Under the pieces are notes generated by a model. The model was not told the DNA's origin. It did not search any database and saw only the letters and a list, made by a program, of their open reading frames with translations. Below are positions 53,976 through 61,629 of a stretch of DNA of 64,000 nucleotides, piece after piece. Source of the DNA: an uncultured Candidatus Saccharibacteria bacterium (GTDB taxonomy: Bacteria; Patescibacteriota; Minisyncoccia; Minisyncoccales; CAZKCU01); assembly GCA_964551595.1 (NCBI GenBank), contig CAZKCU010000002.1, forward strand, positions 3,081 to 67,080, in the 5' to 3' direction. Within the stretch, counting starts at the first letter, position 1. Every line of letters begins with the position of its first letter. A program made the translations under genes and the position numbers.

Positions 53976-54515
53976 ATGATTTTTGGGATAAAAAAACTTT
54001 TAGGATTAGTTAAAACAAAAAAATTAGTAGAAAATCTTTCAGAAAGAGAATTAAAGAATCCTGAAGGAGCTGGTTTTGATTTAAGAATAGGGGAGTTATA
54101 TACTTTAAAGGGAAGAGGATTTTTAGGAATTAAAGAAAGAAAAACGCCAGAAATAAAATTAGTTTCTAAATATTATAAAAAGAATCCAAAAAAAGTAATT
54201 CTTCAACCCAAAACCTATTACTTGATGAAAACTATCGAAAAATTAAATATGCCGAATAATCTTTTAGCTCTTTTTACTCCTCGTTCCACTCTTTATCGTT
54301 CAGGGGTTTATATTTTTGGCGGTCAAACTGCCCCTGGTTACAAGGGTGAATTAACCACTGGGATTTATAATTTTAGAGCAGAGCCATTTGAATTAGAAAT
54401 GGGTTCCAGAATTTTACACCTGATGTTTTTTGAAATTAGAGGAGGAACAAATCTCTATCGTGGCCAATGGCAAGGTGGTAGAATTACCACCAGGAAAAAA
54501 GAAAAGCAAATTTAA
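53976..54515 (+). CDS. dCTP deaminase/dUTPase-family protein (second paralog; dUTPase-like candidate)
   Basis: GAGFDLRIGE...TPRSTLYRSGV....G...PGYKGEL; same fold family as dcd. Confidence 0.7.
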   Translation: MIFGIKKLLGLVKTKKLVENLSERELKNPEGAGFDLRIGELYTLKGRGFLGIKERKTPEIKLVSKYYKKNPKKVILQPKTYYLMKTIEKLNMPNNLLALFTPRSTLYRSGVYIFGGQTAPGYKGELTTGIYNFRAEPFELEMGSRILHLMFFEIRGGTNLYRGQWQGGRITTRKKEKQI

Positions 54516-54516
54516 A

Positions 54517-55128
54517 ATGCTTCAAAATCCCTATCCAGGAAAATTCATAGTTATTGAAGGAATTGACGGTGCGGGGTCTGAAACCCAAAGTACCTTATTA
54601 TTTAACTTTTTTAAAAAAGAAAAAATTTCGGTTGAAAGATTAACCTATCCCGATTATGAAGAACCGATAGGAAGATTAATCCACGAATTTTTGCACAAAA
54701 AATATGAATTTTCGCCTGCGACTCAATTTCTGCTTTATCTCACGGACTTTTTAAAAGATAAGGAGAAAATTAAAAAATGGCTTAAAGAAGGAAAAATCGT
54801 AATTTCTGATAGATATTTCCCTTCAACCTTAGCTTATCAATGTTTAAGAAGGTTTCCGCCAGAAAAGGCTTTAAAGATTGCTAAACTTTTGGAACTTCCA
54901 AAGCCTGATTTAATAATTTATTTAAAGGTTTCACCAGAAGTCTCAATGAGTAGAAAATATGAAGAAAAGAAAAATCTTGATAGAAACGAAGCAGATAAAA
55001 AATTTTTGGAAAAAGTAAGGGACTCTTATAAAAAACTAATCAAAGGCAGGATTTTCTCAAAGTGGGTAGTAATTAATGGAGAAAGGCCAATTCCGATAGT
55101 TTTTAAAGAAATTAAAAAAAATCTATGA
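54517..55128 (+). CDS. tmk: thymidylate kinase
   Basis: GKFIVIEGIDGAGSETQS P-loop and DRY motif (SDRYFPST). The start is trimmed to the ATG at 54517, just after the upstream stop. Confidence 0.9.
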   Translation: MLQNPYPGKFIVIEGIDGAGSETQSTLLFNFFKKEKISVERLTYPDYEEPIGRLIHEFLHKKYEFSPATQFLLYLTDFLKDKEKIKKWLKEGKIVISDRYFPSTLAYQCLRRFPPEKALKIAKLLELPKPDLIIYLKVSPEVSMSRKYEEKKNLDRNEADKKFLEKVRDSYKKLIKGRIFSKWVVINGERPIPIVFKEIKKNL

Positions 55129-55781
55129 AAAACATCGCTAAAATTATCGACCACACAAATATAAAACACACTGCGACTGTTAAAGACATCAAAAAAACTT
55201 GTCAGGAAGCCAAAAAATACGGTTTTCGGGGAGTTTGTGTTAATCCAGAATGGGTAAAATTAGTTAAAAAAGAGCTAAAAGGAACTAACATTAAAGTTGT
55301 TTGCTTAATAGATCCGCCAATAGGAGGCAGTTCCCACCAAAAGAGGATGGAGCAATGCCTGAAAGCAAAACAAGATGGAGCTGATAATTTGGATGTAGTA
55401 ATGAAAATTAATGTGGCAAAACAAGGAAAGTGGGATGAGGTTTTAAAAGATTTAAAACAAATCTGCGAAATTGCACCAACCAAAGTAATTATTGGTTCGG
55501 GTTACTTGACTGATGAAGAAATAAAAAAAGCCTCAGAAATTGTCAAGAAAGCTGGTGCTATTTGTGTTAAAACATCAACTGAAAAAGGGCCCTTAGAACA
55601 CCGAGAATTAAAGGAAAAATTCTATCATTTAAAATTGATGAAAAAAGCAGCTCCAGGACTTTTAATTAAAGCTGCTGGAAAAATTAGAAATTTATCAGAT
55701 GCCAAAGAAGCTATCAAAGCCGGCGCAGATATTATTGGAACAAGTTCGGGAGTAGAAATAATAAACGAAACTAAAAATTGA
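55125..55781 (+). CDS. deoC: deoxyribose-phosphate aldolase
   Basis: IDHTNIK, GVCVNP, and the Schiff-base lysine context VKTSTE. There is an ATGA overlap with tmk. Confidence 0.88.
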   Translation: MKNIAKIIDHTNIKHTATVKDIKKTCQEAKKYGFRGVCVNPEWVKLVKKELKGTNIKVVCLIDPPIGGSSHQKRMEQCLKAKQDGADNLDVVMKINVAKQGKWDEVLKDLKQICEIAPTKVIIGSGYLTDEEIKKASEIVKKAGAICVKTSTEKGPLEHRELKEKFYHLKLMKKAAPGLLIKAAGKIRNLSDAKEAIKAGADIIGTSSGVEIINETKN

Positions 55782-55825
55782 CAGAGGACGGGCCTCTGTC
55801 AAACTTACAGAGGACGGGTCTCTGT
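55780..55825. repeat. two tandem short hairpins, family F
   Basis: GACAGAGG-ACGGG-CCTCTGTC at 55780-55800 and ACAGAG-GACGGGT-CTCTGT at 55807-55825. The second is 19/19 identical to a segment inside map (19878-19896). Confidence 0.8.
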
Positions 55826-55833
55826 TGATTAAT

Positions 55834-57276
55834 ATGTATACACCTATTGTTGGTCTCGAAGTGCATGTGGAATTGGATACTAAAACAAAAATGTTTTGTG
55901 ATTGTTTGAATGATCCTAATGAGCGTCATCCGAATGTTAACATTTGCCCAGTATGTACTGCACAACCTGGGACCTTACCAGTAATAAACAGGGAAGCTGT
56001 TAAAAAAGTAATAAAAACGGGTCTGGCCTTAAACTGCCGAATTCCAGAATATTCTAAATTCGATAGAAAAAATTATTTTTATCCTGATTTGCCAAAAGGC
56101 TATCAAATTTCACAGCTTTATATGCCATTCTGCAAGGCAGGTTTCTTAGAAATTGATAATAAAAAAATTAGAATTCGTGAGGTTCATTTAGAAGAAGATA
56201 CGGGAAGACTAATTCATCCAGAAGGCAAAGATTATTCATTAGTTGACTTTAATCGAGCCGGAATTCCTTTAATGGAGTTAATTACTGAGCCAGATTTAAA
56301 ATCGGCTAAGGAGGCTCGAAGATTTGCTGAAGAATTACAACTAATTTTACGCTATCTTAATGTTTCTAATGCAGATATGGAAAAAGGACAACTCAGGGTA
56401 GAGGTAAACATATCTTTATCAAAAACAAAGAAATTGGGGACAAAAGTAGAAATTAAAAATTTAAATTCTTTTCGGGCAGTAGAGAAAGGGATTGATTGTG
56501 AAATTAAAAGACAAACAGAAATTTTAAAATCTGGCAAAAAAGTGACACAAGAAACGCGAGGCTGGTCAAAAATGAAAGGGATGACGATTGGTCAGAGAGA
56601 AAAAGAAGAAGCTCAAGACTACAGATATTTTCCTGAGCCGGATTTACCTCCCTTACATATTAAAGAAGAGTTTATCAATGAAATTAAAGCCGAAATTCCA
56701 GAGCTTCCTCAACAAAAAAGAGAGAGATTTAAAAGAGAATATGAATTGGATAAAAAAAATACTGAAATTTTTGTTCAAAATAAAGATTTTGGAGAGTATT
56801 TTGAAAAAGTGGTTAGTGAATTTAGCCCAAGGCTTTCTCGGGAAAAACTTCCAGGATTAATAAAATTGGCCACAAATTATTTGATTACTGATTTACAGGG
56901 TTTATTAAAAGGAGCTTTAATAACTGGCGAGGATTTTTTAATAACTCCGGAAAATTTTGCAGAATTTATTACCCTAATTTATAGCGGTGCAATTTCAAGT
57001 AAAATTGCCAAACAAGTTCTTGCTGAAATGTTTTCTACCGGTGCTGACCCTTCTCATATTATTGAAGAAAAAGGATTATCGCAAATAACTGATGAAGTTG
57101 AGATCGGAAAAATTATCAAAGAAGTCATTTCTAAAAATCCCAAGGCAGTTCAAGATTTTAAAAAAGGAAAAAAAACAGCTGTCCAATTTTTAATCGGTCA
57201 AATAATGACTCAGACAAAAGGAAAAGCCAATCCCCAAATAGCTAGAAACATTTTGAATAAACACTTGACCCCGTAG
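55834..57276 (+). CDS. gatB: Asp/Glu-tRNA amidotransferase subunit B
   Basis: GLEVHVEL.T.TKMFC, NR.G.PL.E.ITEPD. The start is trimmed to the ATG at 55834. Confidence 0.95.
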   Translation: MYTPIVGLEVHVELDTKTKMFCDCLNDPNERHPNVNICPVCTAQPGTLPVINREAVKKVIKTGLALNCRIPEYSKFDRKNYFYPDLPKGYQISQLYMPFCKAGFLEIDNKKIRIREVHLEEDTGRLIHPEGKDYSLVDFNRAGIPLMELITEPDLKSAKEARRFAEELQLILRYLNVSNADMEKGQLRVEVNISLSKTKKLGTKVEIKNLNSFRAVEKGIDCEIKRQTEILKSGKKVTQETRGWSKMKGMTIGQREKEEAQDYRYFPEPDLPPLHIKEEFINEIKAEIPELPQQKRERFKREYELDKKNTEIFVQNKDFGEYFEKVVSEFSPRLSREKLPGLIKLATNYLITDLQGLLKGALITGEDFLITPENFAEFITLIYSGAISSKIAKQVLAEMFSTGADPSHIIEEKGLSQITDEVEIGKIIKEVISKNPKAVQDFKKGKKTAVQFLIGQIMTQTKGKANPQIARNILNKHLTP

Positions 57277-57335
57277 AAGAATTTCGAATAGACTTCGTCT
57301 AACTCAATATTATTGTTCGAAATTTCTCTACGGGG
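57269..57335. mobile_element. 67-bp MITE-like palindromic element, family D copy 2, flanked by TTGA/TTGA
   Basis: CCCCGTAGAAGAATTTCGAA...TTCGAAATTTCTCTACGGGG. TTGA lies at 57265-57268 and 57336-57339. The left end supplies the last codons and the stop of gatB. Confidence 0.6.
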
Positions 57336-57364
57336 TTGACAAAGATAAAATAAAGGAGTATAAT
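57336..57364 (+). promoter_or_regulatory. perfect-consensus promoter TTGACA-17nt-TATAAT
   Basis: Hexamers at 57336-57341 and 57359-57364. The leader carries the direct repeat GCATATCAA twice (57391-57399 and 57404-57412) and SD AAAGGTGG. Confidence 0.7.
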
Positions 57365-57431
57365 TATTTTAAATACTGTACATTAAGATAGCATATCAAT
57401 ATTGCATATCAACATAGAAAGGTGGTAACAA

Positions 57432-57716
57432 ATGTTTTACTTTTATGGTAAGTGGAACTCTGCCATAGACGAGAGAGGGCGATTTTTTATCCCTTCTGTT
57501 TTTAAAAAAGATTTGAAGGAGTGTATTATTACGGATAATAGTGGCAATATCCGAATTTACCGCAAGAAAGGAAAATTGCCATTTCCTGAGATTTATCGAA
57601 AAATACCAGACAGACAGGGAAGAATCTTAATTCCCCTCCAATTAAGAAAAGGATGGTCTGGAACTGTTGTTACATTAGTTGGAAAAGGGGAATATCTTGA
57701 GATTATAAAGATGTAA
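57432..57716 (+). CDS. mraZ: short MraZ-like (SpoVT/AbrB-fold) protein
   Basis: Two DxxGR motifs (DERGRFFIP and DRQGRILIP) in 94 aa. Confidence 0.6.
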   Translation: MFYFYGKWNSAIDERGRFFIPSVFKKDLKECIITDNSGNIRIYRKKGKLPFPEIYRKIPDRQGRILIPLQLRKGWSGTVVTLVGKGEYLEIIKM

Positions 57717-57901
57717 GAGAATGAAAAAAAGAAGAAAATTGTTGCTATTTAGTATAATTACAGAAGATTGATAAACCCCTCAATTTTGCTTCTATGAGGT
57801 AAGATTGGGGGGCAAGGTTGGAAAGGATTATTGATAATCCTTCCCAACCAAATCGGGGAGAAGCTATTTTTATCGCTTCTTTATTTAGAGCTTCCCCCGA
57901 T

Positions 57902-59839
57902 TTATTTTAGGAATTTTTCAACTAATTTTTCTGCCTCTTTATAATTTTTTACCCAATGAATCTTTTTATTCCGTTTGAACCAGGTCATTTGGCGCTTGGC
58001 ATAATTTTGAAGTTCTATTAAGGAATTTTCAATCATTTCTTTGTCAGTAATTTTATTTTGCAAATATTGGGCTGCTATTCGATAATGTATTCCAAATTCT
58101 TCAATTCTCTGCCAAGAAATGCCAAGTTTCCTCAATTTTAGAATTTCTTTTAAAAATCCCTGTTTTAACCATTTAAAAAATCTTTTTTCTATTAATTTTT
58201 TAAGTTCTTCTTTATCCTTTTTTATTCCAATCATTAAAACAGGGTAGGGAAGTGATTTTTTCTTTAAAATAGGTACTGGTCTTTTTGTTTTCAATATAAT
58301 TTCAATTGCCCGAATTAATCTTCTGGGATTTTTCTTCTCAATTGTCCTTGCTCTTTTGGGATCAAGTTTTTTTAATTGGACGAAAAGTTCTTTTGCTGAT
58401 TTTTTTGCCAAATTTTTCCTTAATTTCCAATCAGGAGGAACTTCCGGAATTAAAATGCCATCGAGCACAGCTTGAATATAAAATCCTGTTCCACCGCATA
58501 AAAAAGGCACCTTCTCCTTTTTAAAAATTTTACTTATTGCCTCAAGTGTCAATTTCCGATATTGAGTCACGGTAAATCTTCTCTTTGGACTGACTACATC
58601 CAGGAGATGATGGGTGATACTCAGCATCTCTTTTTTAGTTACCTTTCCGGTCCCAATATTCATTCCTTTATAAATCTGACGGGAGTCAGCCGAAATAATC
58701 TCGCCGCTGAATTTTTTAGCAAGTTTTATTGCCAGCTCTGATTTACCCGAAGCTGTTGGTCCTAAAATAACAATTAATTTTTTATCCCTTAATTGCGAAG
58801 CACTTATAGGGAGGAAAGCGACTGGTTCCTTTTTTTCAATGATTTCTCTTAAAATTTTTTCTCTCCTCTTTTTTTCTAGTAAAGGAACATTATCTTCTAA
58901 TTGAGAAGCAGCTGTTCCTTCCCGAGGAGAATATTTAGCAATATAGGCCCAGTCAAATTTAATTTCTTTGAATAATTTAACTGTATTTTGAAATTGTTTT
59001 TTCGTTTCTCCAGGAAAACCAACGATGACATCGGTTGATAATTTAATTTCCGGTATTTTTTTTCTAATTTTTCTTACCAAATTTTTATATTCTTTTAGGG
59101 TATAATTTCGGTTCATTTTCTTTAAAATTTTGTCGTTGCCAGATTGGACAGGTAAATTAAAATATTTTCCGAATTTTTCGCAACTAGATAGGACCTGAAT
59201 TAATTCATCTGAAAAATTACTGGGATGAGGAGAGGTAAAAAGAATTTTAAAATCTCCAGGAATATCATTTACCATTTTCAAAAGTTTTGCAAAATTAATT
59301 AAGGAATCTGAAGGGGAGTGGTAGTCATTTACATTTTGGCCCAAAAGCCAAATTTCTTTAAATCCTTTCTTTGCCAAATCTTTAACTTCCTTTAAAACTT
59401 CTTGATGATTACGACAAACCAAAGGACCACGCGTGTAAGGAACAACGCAATAAGAACAGAAATTATTACAGCCATTAGAAATTGGCACAAAAGCTAAAGA
59501 TTTACTTTTGCATTTTGGGGGAATATCAAAATAATTTCTAAAGGACCAAATTGAGTCAAAAATTTTTCTAAATTCCTTTCTATCTTTTTTTAAAATACAG
59601 CCCGTCAGAATAGTTTTAAGTCTTGAATTTTTTTCTTTTAGTTTTTTGAATTTTGGCAAAAGACCATAAACTCTGTCTACCGCCGATTGCCTGACTGAAC
59701 ACATATTAACCACAATTAAATCAGCTTCAGAAATATCAGAAGCTGATTTGTATCCTGTATTCTCTAAAACTGTGGCAATTCTTTCCGAATCTGATTTATT
59801 CATTTGGCATCCGAAAGTAATGATATAATATCTTGGCAT
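57902..59839 (-). CDS. fusion protein: MiaB-like radical-SAM methylthiotransferase (no TRAM domain) + MiaA tRNA dimethylallyltransferase
   Basis: The N-terminal part has YIITFGCQMN and the radical-SAM motif CNNFCSYCVVP. The C-terminal part has ILGPTASGKS...ADSRQIYKGMNIGTGK. The start is trimmed to MPRYY (59839). Confidence 0.85.
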   Translation of the reverse strand: MPRYYIITFGCQMNKSDSERIATVLENTGYKSASDISEADLIVVNMCSVRQSAVDRVYGLLPKFKKLKEKNSRLKTILTGCILKKDRKEFRKIFDSIWSFRNYFDIPPKCKSKSLAFVPISNGCNNFCSYCVVPYTRGPLVCRNHQEVLKEVKDLAKKGFKEIWLLGQNVNDYHSPSDSLINFAKLLKMVNDIPGDFKILFTSPHPSNFSDELIQVLSSCEKFGKYFNLPVQSGNDKILKKMNRNYTLKEYKNLVRKIRKKIPEIKLSTDVIVGFPGETKKQFQNTVKLFKEIKFDWAYIAKYSPREGTAASQLEDNVPLLEKKRREKILREIIEKKEPVAFLPISASQLRDKKLIVILGPTASGKSELAIKLAKKFSGEIISADSRQIYKGMNIGTGKVTKKEMLSITHHLLDVVSPKRRFTVTQYRKLTLEAISKIFKKEKVPFLCGGTGFYIQAVLDGILIPEVPPDWKLRKNLAKKSAKELFVQLKKLDPKRARTIEKKNPRRLIRAIEIILKTKRPVPILKKKSLPYPVLMIGIKKDKEELKKLIEKRFFKWLKQGFLKEILKLRKLGISWQRIEEFGIHYRIAAQYLQNKITDKEMIENSLIELQNYAKRQMTWFKRNKKIHWVKNYKEAEKLVEKFLK

Positions 59840-59846
59840 ATTCAGT

Positions 59847-59875
59847 ATTTTACAATAGAAAAACGGCCTTTTCAA
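59847..59875 (-). promoter_or_regulatory. promoter TTGAAA-17nt-TAAAAT placed 7 nt before the miaB-miaA ATG (leaderless-type layout)
   Basis: The minus strand reads TTGAAA aggccgtttttctattg TAAAAT actgaat ATG. The -35 box sits in the loop of the upstream terminator hairpin. Confidence 0.45.
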
Positions 59876-59886
59876 GGCCGTTTTTC
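59858..59886 (-). terminator. intrinsic terminator after the 538-aa membrane protein gene
   Basis: ACGGCCTT-GAA-AAGGCCGT with a T5 run on the minus strand and A5 on the other side. Confidence 0.6.
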
Positions 59887-60007
59887 TTAAAATCTTATCT
59901 TTTAAGGTTATTCTAAAACACATTTTCCTTTCTTGTATACTGATACATTTTGCTTCGATTGTATTTATAACTGTTTGCGAATTTGCCTACTATTCACAGT
60001 AATATAA

Positions 60008-61624
60008 TTAGTGAATTTCTTCTTTCTTTTCTTTCAAAAAATATCTCCATTGTTCTAAAAATTCCACAAAGACTAAAAAGGGCATATCAATTAAGGCATT
60101 GAAGAAAGCGGCAAAGGCATTATATTTTTTCCACTTGTTAGATAACCACCGTCCTAAAGAAGCCATAGGCAAAGATAAAATATCAAACACAAACCCTAAA
60201 AATCCACCTTTCTTCTCTTCTATCGTAAGTTCCTCACCTCTTTTTCTAATTGCTAATCCTGCAAAACTAATCAGCGCTACAAATATAATATTAATGATAA
60301 CAGAAGTCGGGGGAAATTTTGCAACTTTAAAAATTCCAACTATTACCCCTAGTGAAATACAAGCGCCCAAAAGATAGATGAGGCTAACAATAGATCTTAT
60401 TATAACTCCTCTTTTTTTAGGAATTTTTATTTCGTAAGTATCAATTTTGCCATAAACAATTTTCATTGTTTCCATGATTACTAAATTTAAATTATTTTTT
60501 GAGGGAGGATTAATCGTGGCTACTAAAAGAAACATTAAAAAAGTAGGGCCAAGAATATCTACTAATATCGTAATGGGCATAAAACGGCCGGTAATCAGTC
60601 TAGCTAGAGGTATTTCTAGGATAAATAAAGAAAGACTATTAGCCAACAGGATAGAAAGAGTAGAATAAATAGCCGCCCGAAAAAGGCGTGTTTTTAGAGT
60701 AGAAAATCTCTTTTTATAAGCTTTTTTGATAAGGCCCTCAAAAATTTCCGGTTCAGAGATTTTTTTTAAAATTTCTGCAGGGTTTTCTTCAGATAACACA
60801 TCGCCCAAAAGTAAGTACGGAGTGTCGTATTTTTCGCAAATAGTATAAAATTTTTTGCCAAGAGGATGAGATAAATCTTTTTCAGTATCGTTCCATATTG
60901 TATATATATTTTTAGCTATTTCAGAAAGCCATTCTCCGGTTTTGTTATTCCACTGTGAGAATTTATATTTCAAAAGATTGTAACTTATAATCGGACGGTC
61001 TAGTTTGAAAAGAGCTTGTTGAACTGCAATATAAATTTGAATATTTTTTTCCTCCTCTTTTATTTTTTTAAAAACAAAGACTCCTTCGTTTAAAGTAATT
61101 CGCTCTTTCATCAATTCAAACATATAATCCATTAAGGCTTTTTCCTTGATAAAGGGAGCGAGAGCATCTTCTACTTCGCAGGCAGCAATTTCTAAAATCC
61201 AGTTATAAAATTGTAGTTTCTCACGTCCTGATCTTGCCGGCGGGCTGTTTTTGAGAATAAAAACATATTTATTAATTACTCTTTGGACATCGGCTATTTT
61301 TGATTCCTCAATTTTATCATTTGGAAAATGTCCTCCCCTGATTAATTCCAAAACTAAGGGCTCTGCAATTTCTTTACTTTTAGAAAGATTATTTACTTCC
61401 CAATCTAAAAATCTTCTTTTTAACTTTCTGATGATGGCGGCTCTTCGCATCAAATGTTCTTCCTTCCAGTCAACGATTGTTCTTATTTTTTCATAAAAAG
61501 CAGCTACCCTTGAGGCAACTTCATCTACGTGAATAGTTGACACCCCTTCTTTTGGTTGGAGCGACTGATACCATCCTTGATAATGGGAAATTAATTTTTG
61601 AGTAGGTTGAGATAATTGTGACAT
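60008..61624 (-). CDS. conserved hypothetical multi-pass membrane protein
   Basis: A soluble N-terminal ~300 aa (VDEVASRVAAFYEKIRTIVDWKEEHLMRRAAI) is followed by about 6 TM segments; no firm family assignment. Confidence 0.6.
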   Translation of the reverse strand: MSQLSQPTQKLISHYQGWYQSLQPKEGVSTIHVDEVASRVAAFYEKIRTIVDWKEEHLMRRAAIIRKLKRRFLDWEVNNLSKSKEIAEPLVLELIRGGHFPNDKIEESKIADVQRVINKYVFILKNSPPARSGREKLQFYNWILEIAACEVEDALAPFIKEKALMDYMFELMKERITLNEGVFVFKKIKEEEKNIQIYIAVQQALFKLDRPIISYNLLKYKFSQWNNKTGEWLSEIAKNIYTIWNDTEKDLSHPLGKKFYTICEKYDTPYLLLGDVLSEENPAEILKKISEPEIFEGLIKKAYKKRFSTLKTRLFRAAIYSTLSILLANSLSLFILEIPLARLITGRFMPITILVDILGPTFLMFLLVATINPPSKNNLNLVIMETMKIVYGKIDTYEIKIPKKRGVIIRSIVSLIYLLGACISLGVIVGIFKVAKFPPTSVIINIIFVALISFAGLAIRKRGEELTIEEKKGGFLGFVFDILSLPMASLGRWLSNKWKKYNAFAAFFNALIDMPFLVFVEFLEQWRYFLKEKKEEIH

Positions 61625-61629
61625 AGTTA

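Noticed and set aside
57722-57769. 15-aa mini-ORF (MKKRRKLLLFSIITED) just after the mraZ-like gene
   Set aside because: It is too short and of low complexity to support without conservation data, and it has no clear SD.
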